A DNA stretch of 57,175 nt from a bacterium (GCA_020057885.1 JAGVEX010000020.1:1-57175), one strand, 5' to 3'. Shown: positions 44,157-54,381, counted from the first letter of the stretch. A program made the numbers and translations. Notes: generated by a model not told the origin, from the sequence alone.

Positions 44157-44890
44157 ATGAAAATTGTTCGTTTACTAATCATAGCCGAAAATATAGCTAC
44201 CAAGGCTGTAGATACTAAAAAAATATATTCGATAAGCTTCTTGCATACTTTGTCCCCCGACCAGAAATTAGAGCTATTATAAGACAATGGTTTATAAAAT
44301 TCATAAAATTATTTTCTAAACCACTATCAATTAAAGCAGAACTTCTAATTAAAACAAACTACATAACGTCTGCTAATATTGTCTCGCTTATTCGAGGTAT
44401 AATGCTCGGTCCAATCTTTTTTGCCTTTGTGCATTTACAAGCTGGAATCAATTATTACCTTTCCATTCTAGGAGCCGCTATATTTAGTGACTACTTAGAT
44501 GGAGCTCTGGCAAAAATAATGCAAGAAGAAACCGAATTCGGAGCAAGGCTTGATCCATTGTGTGATAAAATATTTGCTGCTTGGGCAGTGGCTGCTTGTT
44601 GGCGTTCGTTAATAATTTGGCCGCTAAATGCTCTGGCATTCATAGTATTTGAGGGAACCCTTTTATCTCTCTCTGTGGCTTTATCGTGGGCTAAACGCAA
44701 AGGACAATATCACGGCAAAGCTCAGGTAAAAGCAAACTCACTCGGAAAATGGAAAATAAATTTTCAGGCCGCAGTCTGCTTCTGTTTCTTATATAATTGG
44801 ACTATCACCGGACAATATATTTTAGTAGTAGCTAATCTGTTTGCTGTTGGCAGCTTAATTCGGCATTTAACACCCAAAGAGAAATCTTAA
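44157..44890 (+). pseudogene. CDP-alcohol phosphatidyltransferase (PgsA-like), apparently frameshifted at an A7 run
   Basis: DYLDGALA...GARLDPLCD motif. The conserved ITSANIVSLIR lies upstream of ATG 44402 in a frame with no start codon; the RBS-preceded ATG 44157 is in another frame. Confidence 0.65.
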
Positions 44891-44938
44891 AAGCGACTGG
44901 ATAATTTGTACCAGCCGCTTTTTTATTTATATAAATTT

Positions 44939-46837
44939 TTACCTTGTCACCACTCCCTTGCCCTGTGTAGCCATATCATCATCTAATTCAGTGGTAACAA
45001 ATTTGGCGGTAGAAATTAAATCCGCGTCCGAAAAAGTATCGTGCGCTGTGGCAGTAGTGGTTTTGGTAAGCACTAAAATTTTATCAGCATCGCTTTCTTG
45101 TGGTGTTACTGCCACTTCAAACGAAGCTTCTGGTTTAAGGAATGTTTTTCCCGCGCCAGCTGGCAAACGATTCAAAACCCAACGCACTTCGCGCGTATTA
45201 GGATTGTAAATTACTTTCTGCCCAGCTGTTACCGTAGTCTGACCTGTCCAATTGACCCCTTGGGGCAATGTAGTAGTAACTTCTACATTTTCTACTTCAT
45301 TCAAAGTATTCCCCAAGCGCCAAAATATAACATAACTTGTGGTTTCACCCACGCGTGGTGGCAATGGCCCGCTGCCTAATTTAATTAATTCATCTGTGTA
45401 ATAACGCCCTTCTACTGCCAAGGAAAATTGAGTATTTATTTTAGTAACCACTTCGTTAGATTGTGACGTTAAATTTTCTAAATTATTATTCACTAAAGCC
45501 TTGCCCTGCGCTTCTACTTGTGCTGTAAAACTAGGTGCATTTACACCGCTAGGCAAACTAGAAACAAGCTGCAAGCGCCAACGAACGCTTCCTCTGGTAC
45601 CGGGCTGTAATGTTTCAAGTAAAGGCAAATTGGCTTTGGTCCAAGTGATAGTTCCAACACTCTGGTTAACTGAACCCAAAGCATCATCCTTTAAGCTGGA
45701 CCAATCAAACCAAGTACTGTTAAGTTTGGCAATAAGTGTGAGGTTAGTAAAAGGGGTGTCGCCCTCATTGGAAAAAGAGGCTTCAAAAGTAATTTCTTGT
45801 CCAAAATCAACCGCACTTTTTAAACTAACGTCGTTCGCTGTTAATTGCAAAGTTAAATGCGATTTAACTAAATTAACATTTACAATTTTTTCTTCTTGTA
45901 AAGTAAACTCCCCTTTATCAGATTTTAAACCAATGGCTAATTTAAATTCTTGTGGGCCTGGGGTGGCTATGCTGGTAAAACGCCCCTTAAGTTCAACTTT
46001 ATTTTCACCACGCGCTTCAATATCATTGAGCTGCCAAATATTAGTGCTATTGACTAAGGGTGTTAATTGCGGCAATTCCAATTCAAAACCATTGGGTACG
46101 GTTAATTTAACTAGCGCACCAGTTAACTTGCTGGTTGAACTATTTTTATAAGTAATCCCCAGCACTAATGTTTGATCAATTGGCAATTGATCAGGATTGG
46201 TAATATCAATATTTAAAACCGATGTTACGATTTCAGTAGTAAAAGCAACATTTTTGTTAAATTGCGCTTTAAAATTAGCCGGCTCATACGAAAACAAACC
46301 TGAAAAATCCTTTTTCTCACCCACCTCACCGACCAACTGACCTTTAACCACTACACTGCCCGACTCATGCGCCTTTACTTTGTCTACTGCAAATATATTA
46401 CCATCTGCATTTTGCGCCGATGGCACTGCACTTTTAAAAATAAATCCAGTTGGATAGCGTAAATTTAATCCCAACTGATTTAAATCTACATCTTGATCGT
46501 TTTTGTAATTAAAAACATATTCCACCTCTTGTCCCGAAGGAGCGGTTAGAGGACCGTTTAAATTAACTTGCACTGCTTCCTCACCAAACTTGCCGCTACT
46601 CTTGGTGCCAAAAATAAAAAATCCAGCCAAAACCAAAGCTAAAAGTATGGCTAATGTGCTTGTTAGATAAAGCCAACCGCGCCGACGACGTGATTGTTTA
46701 AGCAAAACCGATAAATCAGCCTGCGATTGCTCGTGATAAAATTCGGCAAAATCCTGTTCCGCCTGCTTTAACTCGTGCCGCGAAGCAGGCGCATTAGGAT
46801 CAATTGTTATATCATTAACGCGAGATTTTTCTGCCAT
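44939..46837 (-). CDS. Membrane-anchored protein with tandem Ig-like (DUF11-like) domains
   Basis: N-terminal TM, beta-rich repeats, GPLPPRVGETTSY. Confidence 0.75.
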   Translation of the reverse strand: MAEKSRVNDITIDPNAPASRHELKQAEQDFAEFYHEQSQADLSVLLKQSRRRRGWLYLTSTLAILLALVLAGFFIFGTKSSGKFGEEAVQVNLNGPLTAPSGQEVEYVFNYKNDQDVDLNQLGLNLRYPTGFIFKSAVPSAQNADGNIFAVDKVKAHESGSVVVKGQLVGEVGEKKDFSGLFSYEPANFKAQFNKNVAFTTEIVTSVLNIDITNPDQLPIDQTLVLGITYKNSSTSKLTGALVKLTVPNGFELELPQLTPLVNSTNIWQLNDIEARGENKVELKGRFTSIATPGPQEFKLAIGLKSDKGEFTLQEEKIVNVNLVKSHLTLQLTANDVSLKSAVDFGQEITFEASFSNEGDTPFTNLTLIAKLNSTWFDWSSLKDDALGSVNQSVGTITWTKANLPLLETLQPGTRGSVRWRLQLVSSLPSGVNAPSFTAQVEAQGKALVNNNLENLTSQSNEVVTKINTQFSLAVEGRYYTDELIKLGSGPLPPRVGETTSYVIFWRLGNTLNEVENVEVTTTLPQGVNWTGQTTVTAGQKVIYNPNTREVRWVLNRLPAGAGKTFLKPEASFEVAVTPQESDADKILVLTKTTTATAHDTFSDADLISTAKFVTTELDDDMATQGKGVVTR

Positions 46838-46846
46838 ATATCTATT

Positions 46847-47593
46847 TTATAGGATACTACGTAATACTTTCAAAGTATATAGCTCTTGCCCGGCTTGCCC
46901 AACCACATAATCAGTTAAAAAAGCCAGCACCGCGGACGGCAAAGCGTCAGTTTGCGCAATTCCCAAGCCAGCGGCCTGTTGTAGCCAAGTGAGAGCTGAT
47001 GATGGTATAGCCACCCTTTTATCACCTGGAAAAATACAAGTATGATGCGCAAAGCTATGATTTACCCAACTAAAATCCACTGGATCAACTAATTCGCCCC
47101 GACAATGTTCGCAACGCGTTAAAGAAACAGACAAACCAACAAGTTTTAAAACTTCAATTAAATATTTGGCTAACAACCAACGCGCTTCTAGTCGCCAATT
47201 TTCTTCACTTGTTGGCAAGCTGGAAAGTTCTGTTAAATACTGGCGGAGCAGTTGATGAAGTCTTGGTTCTGGTTCGCCCACGCGAGTTAAAACATCAACC
47301 ACTTCCAAAAGTGCTGTGCCAAGCACGGCCGTATTAAGCTCATAAGGCGGACGTAGGTACAATTGTTTCAAATTAGCCGAAGCCAAACGATCCAACTGCT
47401 TGCCACGTGCTACCATTAATTCCACTTCGCCAAATGGTTGCAAGTGCGAGGATAGTTTAGAAACTGCTTTACGAGCGCCAGCGGCAATTAATTCAATCTT
47501 GCCTTCACGTTCGGTAAAAATAGTATAAAGCCTGTCGCCTTCGCGCCAGGCTTTGGAATTTAATACAAAACCGGTAGTAACGTAAGTTGACAT
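46847..47593 (-). CDS. recO: DNA repair protein RecO
   Basis: GFVL..REGDR..FT..EGK..A.GARK; CEHC zinc site. Confidence 0.88.
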   Translation of the reverse strand: MSTYVTTGFVLNSKAWREGDRLYTIFTEREGKIELIAAGARKAVSKLSSHLQPFGEVELMVARGKQLDRLASANLKQLYLRPPYELNTAVLGTALLEVVDVLTRVGEPEPRLHQLLRQYLTELSSLPTSEENWRLEARWLLAKYLIEVLKLVGLSVSLTRCEHCRGELVDPVDFSWVNHSFAHHTCIFPGDKRVAIPSSALTWLQQAAGLGIAQTDALPSAVLAFLTDYVVGQAGQELYTLKVLRSIL

Positions 47594-47601
47594 GATATTA
47601 A

Positions 47602-48813
47602 CTAACTCAAACTATCAACTACAATATATTTTCCCAGTAACCATGCTAATTTAGGATGTTTAAATAATAACTCATACCGATAGTGAAAGAAAACTTCAAG
47701 TGCATCAGCGGGTGACAAATCACGATAAGCCTCTACCACTTTATCCCAATCAGCATCACTAAACTTATGGTAGATGATATTGGCATTTTTATATGAAGCC
47801 CGCCAACGTGAACCAAAAACTTTATGCCATTCAGCCTCATAAGTTTTCTTTAACTCAACCTGATCTATAGTGTCGTGTAAACATTGATGTATACTATTCG
47901 CGGCCAAACGTCCACAACGCATAGCATGCCGAATTCCTTCATACGCCAAACCATTAACTTGAAAAGCTGCATCACCAATAAGTATAATGTTATTATAAAC
48001 ATGATTTTTCACACCTGGTGAAATATAGCCCCCCCCACCATGTATCTCCGTGGGCTCTAAGTGTTTAGTAGTATCAAACTTGGCTATAAAATTTTTAAGC
48101 AATGGTTTAAGTTCAACGCCTGGCGGTAATGGGCCATATGATCCTATTCCCATTTTAGCAGCTTTACTTTGTTCCATAGGAAAAACCCAAGCATATCCCC
48201 GTGGTGCCACGTCACCAAAATAAAATCCTAACGTCCCGGCCAAACCTTGTGGCATAGCCGTCATCTGCACTTCCATGGCACTAACAAAATCTTCTGGTAA
48301 TCCTTTATTTAAATGAAGCTGCGAATTTACAAAACCCCAATGACCGGTAGCATCTACAATTACAGGTGCACGCAGTTCTCCCTCACCCCATACGCTCTTA
48401 TAGCGTACACCAACAAACTGCCCACTATCTTCAATTAGTGAAGTGACACCTGTCCCCACCATAATATCAGCCCCTTTGTGCGCGGCATCCTCAGATAAAA
48501 ATTTTCTCAACGCAGCAAAATCAAACACATAACCGCGTACGTCCGGATATGTCCATTCCACCTGTTCATGACTTGACGCAAAGTATATACGATTCCATGT
48601 AGCTGAGAGCACACTCGTTGGTAATTCAAACTCCTCTATGGTTTCTTTTGGCGTTCCGGCGGTAGAATAGTTCGGTTCACCAATTTCCTGTGAATGCTCT
48701 AAAAGCACAACGTGGCGACCTAATTTGGCAAGCTCGCGAGCACACTGACCTCCAGCAGGGCCAGCGCCTATTACGATAACATCTAAATTTTTTTGATCAA
48801 TACCTTCAGACAT
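47602..48813 (-). CDS. Geranylgeranyl reductase-family FAD oxidoreductase
   Basis: GAGPAG, VDATG, GYAWVFP, GDAA..EGI; likely start ATG 48813 just after the ileS stop. Confidence 0.85.
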   Translation of the reverse strand: MSEGIDQKNLDVIVIGAGPAGGQCARELAKLGRHVVLLEHSQEIGEPNYSTAGTPKETIEEFELPTSVLSATWNRIYFASSHEQVEWTYPDVRGYVFDFAALRKFLSEDAAHKGADIMVGTGVTSLIEDSGQFVGVRYKSVWGEGELRAPVIVDATGHWGFVNSQLHLNKGLPEDFVSAMEVQMTAMPQGLAGTLGFYFGDVAPRGYAWVFPMEQSKAAKMGIGSYGPLPPGVELKPLLKNFIAKFDTTKHLEPTEIHGGGGYISPGVKNHVYNNIILIGDAAFQVNGLAYEGIRHAMRCGRLAANSIHQCLHDTIDQVELKKTYEAEWHKVFGSRWRASYKNANIIYHKFSDADWDKVVEAYRDLSPADALEVFFHYRYELLFKHPKLAWLLGKYIVVDSLS

Positions 48814-48814
48814 T

Positions 48815-51769
48815 TTATTTTTTAATAGATACACTAATAGAAAAACTTTCAATTTCTAATTTATCATCAAAGTCATCATTTATTACTATTACGTCACTAG
48901 CTAAAGTTCCTTTGATAATAATTTCTTTATTATCCTCAACAATTTTAACAAAATTTTCCCTACAACCAATCGTCAATAATATTCTATCATGGATAGTCAT
49001 TTTCTTTTCCTTGCGCAACACATTTACCTGGCGAATAAATTCCCGCACCAAGCCAAGGGCCTTAAGTTCATCATTCATTGAAATGTCAAGTTTCGTTTCT
49101 GTACCAAAAATAACTTTTTGAACATTCACTTCTTCGGCAATGATGGCTGAAATATCTTCGTCAAATTTCACAGCTGTTGTTAAACTACCAAGCACCTGCC
49201 GCACCTTGAATCCTGTTGCGGCGCGCTGAGCCAACGCTTTTTCAACTTCTGATCTAGCTTTTTCCATTTGCTCTAACAATTCATTCTGTTTAGAACTTAT
49301 TTCTTTAACCTTAGGCCAATCTTCCAAATGCACTGATTCTTTATCTCCACCCACCCGCTGATAAAGTTCTTCAGCCACAAAAGGCATAAACGGCGCCAAA
49401 GCCAAAGCCAATTGCCGCAGTAAATAACCTAAAGTATCACGCGCTACTTCTTTATCTGCCCCCTCTTCTTTAAACCGATCACGACTACGACGTACATACC
49501 AAGTTGAAAGGTCGGTTATAAAATCCGCCAATTTTCTGCCTGCTTCGGTAATTTCATATTTATCAAAATGCTCTGTAACTTCAAAAATTGTTTTCTGCCA
49601 CAAACTTAAAATCCATTTATCTAAAATGTTATCTGATTTTGGTTCACTAACCAGTACTTTAGTATCTCCTTTATATAATTCATAAAAGGCCAACACATTC
49701 ATTAAAATAAGTAAAGTGCGTTTTACCACTTCATCCACTGCTTGTGGATCAAAATTCTTTGGTTCACCTGGCTGGTTGCCGGTATATAAATGAAAACGTA
49801 AAGCATCCACGCCATACTTGGCTATTACCTCCCACGGGTCAACAATGTTGCCCTTGGACTTGGACATTTTTTGACCATTTTTATCATTAATATGTCCAAG
49901 ACAAATTACATTTTTATAAGGCGGAATTTCTTTTATCGCTCCTGCTTTTTTAAGCAAAGTCGCTATGGCCAAAAGCGTATAAAACCAACCGCGAGTTTGA
50001 TCAATGGCTTCGGAAATATAATCTGCTGGATAGCTGTTGGCTAATTGCTCCTTGCTTCCTGGTTTATGCGGATATCCCCATTGCGCAAAAGGCATACTGC
50101 CGGAATCAAACCAACAATCAGCTACCTCTGGTACGCGCTGTGTAGTACCACCACATTTACATGGCCAAGATATTTCATCAATAAACGGCCGATGAATATC
50201 AAAATCCTGATTCATAATTCTTGATTCATGATTCGGTGCTAATTTTGCAAGCTCTTCCAAATTACCAACACACATTATTTCCTTACACTTATCACATACC
50301 CAGATTGGTAATGGCGTTCCCCAATATCTTTCGCGCGAAATAGCCCAATCTTTTACACCATCTAACCACTCACCAAAACGCCCGTGTTTAATATGTTCGG
50401 GATACCAATTAATTTTCTCATTCGCTTTTTTTAAATCTTCACGCAAAGCCGACATTTTAATAAACCACGACGGCTTAGCATAATACAAAAGCGGCGTGGA
50501 ACAACGCCAGCAAAAAGGATAGTCATGAGTATACATTTCTTCTTTAAAAATTAAACTACCCTCTGAACGGTTTTTCAAATTATCAATAATTGCATTAGTG
50601 GTTTTCTCTTCAGTTGGCTTATCCTTATGCTTCACCGGCATACCCGCAAATTCTGGCACATCTTTTGTAAACTTCCCCTCTTCGTTTACTGTATGATATT
50701 TTGGTAAACCAACTTCAGTTCCTAAATTAAAATCGTCCTCACCATACATCACGGCGGTATGGACAACACCCGTACCATCAGTTGTTGTAACAAAGTCCGC
50801 CGCATACACGCGATAAGATTTATCGTTCTGTAAAGATTTGATATCAAATAGAGGCTCATATTCTAAACCAACAAGTTGATCTCGTAAAAATTCTTTTTCT
50901 ACTATACCACCAATTCTTTTTTGTACTTCTTCAACCCTATCCTTAGCAAGGATATAAAACTCAGCTGGAATTTCATCAACTAATGGTTCTTGATTATTAA
51001 TACTCAAGACCTCGGATTTTTTAAGAACCTCTAACAGTACGTAAGTAGATTTTGGATTTATTGCCAACGCTACATTCCCTGGCAATGTCCATGGTGTCGT
51101 AGTCCACGACAATATATAAGTATTCTTTGGTAAACCATGTTCCTTTGGTTCTTTAACTTTAAACTTCACAAACACAGACGGTTCGGTAACACTCTTGTAA
51201 CCCAATGCCACCTCGTGACTAGAAAGCGCTGTGCCGCAACGCGGACAATGCGGTAATACTTTATAATCTTTATACAACAAACCAGCCTCGTGAACTTGTT
51301 TTAAAATCCACCACAAACTTTCAATATAATAATTCTCATAAGTTACATAAGGATTTTCCAAATCCAGCCAAAAACCAATGCGCTCTGTTAATTTTTCCCA
51401 ATCCGCTTTATATTTCCATACATCCTCGCGGCACCGTTCATTAAACTTGGCCACGCCGTACTTTTCAATATCTGGCTTGCCACGAAACTTTAGTTCTTTT
51501 TCCACTTGTAGCTCCACTGGCAACCCTTGCGTATCCCAACCAGCCTTACGCTCCACTTGAAACCCGCGCATAGTTTTATAACGCGGAATTAAATCTTTAA
51601 AAGCGCGTGCCAACACGTGGTGCAGCCCCGGCTTGCCATTGGCGGTAGGTGGACCTTCAAAAAAAACAAATCGGCCGGCAGGATGCGGCTTAGTTAAAGA
51701 CTTTTCAAAAATCTTATGCTCTTTCCAAAAGGCCAAAACCTTTTCTTCAAGCTCAGGAAACTTTAACAT
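48815..51769 (-). CDS. ileS: Isoleucine--tRNA ligase, type 2
   Basis: EGPPTANG, GLHH, WTTTPWT, DQTRGWF, KMSKS; true start likely ATG 51769 (MLKFPELEE). Confidence 0.95.
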   Translation of the reverse strand: MLKFPELEEKVLAFWKEHKIFEKSLTKPHPAGRFVFFEGPPTANGKPGLHHVLARAFKDLIPRYKTMRGFQVERKAGWDTQGLPVELQVEKELKFRGKPDIEKYGVAKFNERCREDVWKYKADWEKLTERIGFWLDLENPYVTYENYYIESLWWILKQVHEAGLLYKDYKVLPHCPRCGTALSSHEVALGYKSVTEPSVFVKFKVKEPKEHGLPKNTYILSWTTTPWTLPGNVALAINPKSTYVLLEVLKKSEVLSINNQEPLVDEIPAEFYILAKDRVEEVQKRIGGIVEKEFLRDQLVGLEYEPLFDIKSLQNDKSYRVYAADFVTTTDGTGVVHTAVMYGEDDFNLGTEVGLPKYHTVNEEGKFTKDVPEFAGMPVKHKDKPTEEKTTNAIIDNLKNRSEGSLIFKEEMYTHDYPFCWRCSTPLLYYAKPSWFIKMSALREDLKKANEKINWYPEHIKHGRFGEWLDGVKDWAISRERYWGTPLPIWVCDKCKEIMCVGNLEELAKLAPNHESRIMNQDFDIHRPFIDEISWPCKCGGTTQRVPEVADCWFDSGSMPFAQWGYPHKPGSKEQLANSYPADYISEAIDQTRGWFYTLLAIATLLKKAGAIKEIPPYKNVICLGHINDKNGQKMSKSKGNIVDPWEVIAKYGVDALRFHLYTGNQPGEPKNFDPQAVDEVVKRTLLILMNVLAFYELYKGDTKVLVSEPKSDNILDKWILSLWQKTIFEVTEHFDKYEITEAGRKLADFITDLSTWYVRRSRDRFKEEGADKEVARDTLGYLLRQLALALAPFMPFVAEELYQRVGGDKESVHLEDWPKVKEISSKQNELLEQMEKARSEVEKALAQRAATGFKVRQVLGSLTTAVKFDEDISAIIAEEVNVQKVIFGTETKLDISMNDELKALGLVREFIRQVNVLRKEKKMTIHDRILLTIGCRENFVKIVEDNKEIIIKGTLASDVIVINDDFDDKLEIESFSISVSIKK

Positions 51770-51770
51770 A

Positions 51771-51910
51771 CCCCGTATATCAACCTTGCTCGCCAAAAAA
51801 TAAGCGAGAGGAGTAGGTTAATGATAAATTATCTAATCTACAATTAAACATAATTAATGTTAGGAAAGTGATTTTGTCGAGACGAGCTTAAGCAAGGTTG
51901 TATTACGAGG
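51771..51910 (-). other. 140-nt structured leader / MITE-like element upstream of ileS
   Basis: Terminal arms CCTCGTAATACAACCTTGCT / AGCAAGGTTGATATACGGGG; homologous to 53783-53922. Confidence 0.8.
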
Positions 51911-52041
51911 CATAATATATATTATAATACTGATTTTTGAGTAATTTTGCAACTTTTAACCAACCAAACTACCATCCCCCTTATTCGCGCGAATAAGGGG
52001 GATAAAAAATGGAAACTCTTACTCTTTGCTCTTACTTTGCT

Positions 52042-53781
52042 TTACATCTGCTCCACTACTTCAATTCCCAAAATCTCCAAACCCTGCTTTAAAACTTCAG
52101 CGGCAGTGTTGACTAAAGTAAGTCTTAAATTTTTCAAATGCGGATTAGCGTTTAGTACCGGCGAAACTTGATAAAAATTATTAGTGCTATTAGCTAATTC
52201 ATATAAATAACCAGCCAAGAGATGTGGCCCATTCTCCTCGGCCGCGCGCAAAATAGCCTCGGGATAACGAGATATCATACGCAACATAGTAATATCGCTT
52301 GGCGTGGCCTGCTCCAAAACCGCCGCGCCAATTTTGGGTAATTTAAATTTTTTAACACTTTTTTTACCATTTTGCGCTTTGCGTAAAATACTCTTTAGGC
52401 GCACGTAGGTATATTGTAAATAGGGCGCGCTATTGCCATCGAGCGATAACATTTTATCCCAGTTGAAAGTTATATCGGTATGCCTATTCTGCGACAAATC
52501 ATTATACTTAATCGCGCCTACACCTACCACTTCTGCCACGCGTGCTTTGGCTTTGGTTGGTAATTTGACATTCTTTTTATCCACTATTTGCCGTGCCAGC
52601 AAAATAGCTTGCGCTAGCACTTCGTCTAACTTAATAATCTTACCTTCACGAGTGGCAAGTTTTTGCCCATCCTCGCCCAATACTAAACCAAACTTAATGT
52701 GTTCTAGTTTAAGATGCGGCGCATAATTAGCTCGAGCGGCTGTAGCAAACACCTGTTCAAAGTGAAGTGCCTGTTCATTAGCCACTACATAAAGCATCAA
52801 ATTTGGTTTTAAATGGCTCGCGCGGTAACGAATACTTGCAAGCTCACGCGTGGCGTAAAGCGAAGCGCCATCGGATTTTTGCACCAACATTGGCGATAAG
52901 GAATCTGATTCCAAATGCACCACTATTGAGCCATCGGCGTTTTTAATTGCTATTTTACGTTTGAGCAAATCAGCTACCACGCCCTTCAACATTGACTCAT
53001 AAAAACTCTCACCTGTAATACGATCAAATTTTATTCCTAAACGTTTGTATAAAATATCAAACTCACGCAAAGATTCACGTTTAAACCAGTTCCATAAAGC
53101 TTTATTTGTTCTATCACCCTCTTCTAGTTTGCGAAACTCTTCTTGGCCTTGTTTTTCCAAATCGGGTTTATCTTTCATCACCTCGTGAAATTTTACATAA
53201 AGCTTTAACATTTCTTCAATCGGATGTTTGTGTACGGCAGTCCTACTTCCCCATAGCTTATAAGCGGCGATTAATTTTCCAAACTGCGTTCCCCAATCAC
53301 CCAAATGATTTAAACGGATTACCTTGGCCCCTAAATTTTCATAAATATTAGCCAAAGCCGCCCCTATAATAGTAGAACGAATGTGACCAATGTGCATCGG
53401 CTTGGCAATGTTAGGCGAAGAGTATTCCACAATCACGCGCTGGCCACGCCACAACTCACGCTCTTTACGGTTAGTTAAAAGCGGCAAACTAGTAAGCAAC
53501 AATTCAGGCTTAATGGTGAAATTAATAAAACCAGGCCCGGCTATCTCTATTTTGCTAAAATTACGAATGATAAAACGTGAAGTTTTAAGTTCTTCTAATA
53601 TTGTTTCGGCGGCCTGACGTGGCAATACACCCCATTTACTGGCCACCTTAAGAGCCACGTTGGTGGTATAGTCGCCGTGCGCCAGTTCACGGCTTACCGA
53701 CACCTCAACCTCTTTGGGTGTGAGTTGATAATGCTTTTGCGCCACCTCGGCTATTTCATTTTGTAATTTTACGCTTAACAT
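52042..53781 (-). CDS. argS: Arginine--tRNA ligase
   Basis: EYSSPNIAKPMHIGH, NHLGDWGTQFG, GNSAPYLQY; true start likely ATG 53781. Confidence 0.96.
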   Translation of the reverse strand: MLSVKLQNEIAEVAQKHYQLTPKEVEVSVSRELAHGDYTTNVALKVASKWGVLPRQAAETILEELKTSRFIIRNFSKIEIAGPGFINFTIKPELLLTSLPLLTNRKERELWRGQRVIVEYSSPNIAKPMHIGHIRSTIIGAALANIYENLGAKVIRLNHLGDWGTQFGKLIAAYKLWGSRTAVHKHPIEEMLKLYVKFHEVMKDKPDLEKQGQEEFRKLEEGDRTNKALWNWFKRESLREFDILYKRLGIKFDRITGESFYESMLKGVVADLLKRKIAIKNADGSIVVHLESDSLSPMLVQKSDGASLYATRELASIRYRASHLKPNLMLYVVANEQALHFEQVFATAARANYAPHLKLEHIKFGLVLGEDGQKLATREGKIIKLDEVLAQAILLARQIVDKKNVKLPTKAKARVAEVVGVGAIKYNDLSQNRHTDITFNWDKMLSLDGNSAPYLQYTYVRLKSILRKAQNGKKSVKKFKLPKIGAAVLEQATPSDITMLRMISRYPEAILRAAEENGPHLLAGYLYELANSTNNFYQVSPVLNANPHLKNLRLTLVNTAAEVLKQGLEILGIEVVEQM

Positions 53782-53782
53782 A

Positions 53783-53922
53783 CCCAGTATATCAACTTCG
53801 CTCGCCAAAATTTAAGCGAGAGAAGTAAATTGATAATAAGTGATCTAATCTTGAATTTAACATAATTGGTGTTAGGATAGTTATTTTGTCACCAAGCTTA
53901 AAAGCGAAGTTGTATTACTGGG
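53783..53922 (-). other. 140-nt structured leader / MITE-like element upstream of argS
   Basis: Terminal arms CCCAGTAATACAACTTCGC / GCGAAGTTGATATACTGGG. Confidence 0.8.
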
Positions 53923-53933
53923 ATAACTACTTC

Positions 53934-53961
53934 ATTATAAAGGTTTTTGTTAAATTGGCAA
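53934..53961 (-). promoter_or_regulatory. Sigma70-like promoter for argS
   Basis: TTGCCA-16 nt-TATAAT immediately upstream of the 140-nt element. Confidence 0.55.
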
Positions 53962-54006
53962 AATAAAAACGTCCCACCATACGATGGGACGTCTCAATCT
54001 CAAATT

Positions 54007-54354
54007 TTACTTTTTCACAGCTTCCACTAACTTCTTAAACACTGCCGGATATTCTCGAGCCAACTGTGATAGTACCTTTCTATCCATCTCAATTTTAGCC
54101 TTCTTTAGCAAGTTAATGAACTTGCTATAAGACAAACCATATTCTCTTACCGCGGCGTTAAGCTGAATTTGCCACAATACTCTAAAATTCGCTTTTTTAT
54201 CGCGCCTATGAGCAAAAGCGTGTACGCCAGCTTTGCGGGCAGCTACTTTAGCTGCAGCAATCTTACTCTTGCGCCCCCATCTATAACCCTTGGTGCGTTT
54301 TAAAAGGTTCTTACGTCTTTTGGAATGCATTACTCCTCTTTTTACACGTGACAT
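54007..54354 (-). CDS. rplT: 50S ribosomal protein L20
   Basis: MSRVKRG, FRVLW, SYSKFI, DRKVLS. Confidence 0.97.
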   Translation of the reverse strand: MSRVKRGVMHSKRRKNLLKRTKGYRWGRKSKIAAAKVAARKAGVHAFAHRRDKKANFRVLWQIQLNAAVREYGLSYSKFINLLKKAKIEMDRKVLSQLAREYPAVFKKLVEAVKK

Positions 54355-54381
54355 AATATAAAATGATAAATCCTAAATTAA

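Noticed and set aside
51771..51913. T-box riboswitch or attenuator peptide upstream of ileS/argS
   Set aside because: No T-box antiterminator consensus; the ileS uORF (MPRNTTLLKLVSTKSLS) has no Ile codons and argS has no equivalent uORF
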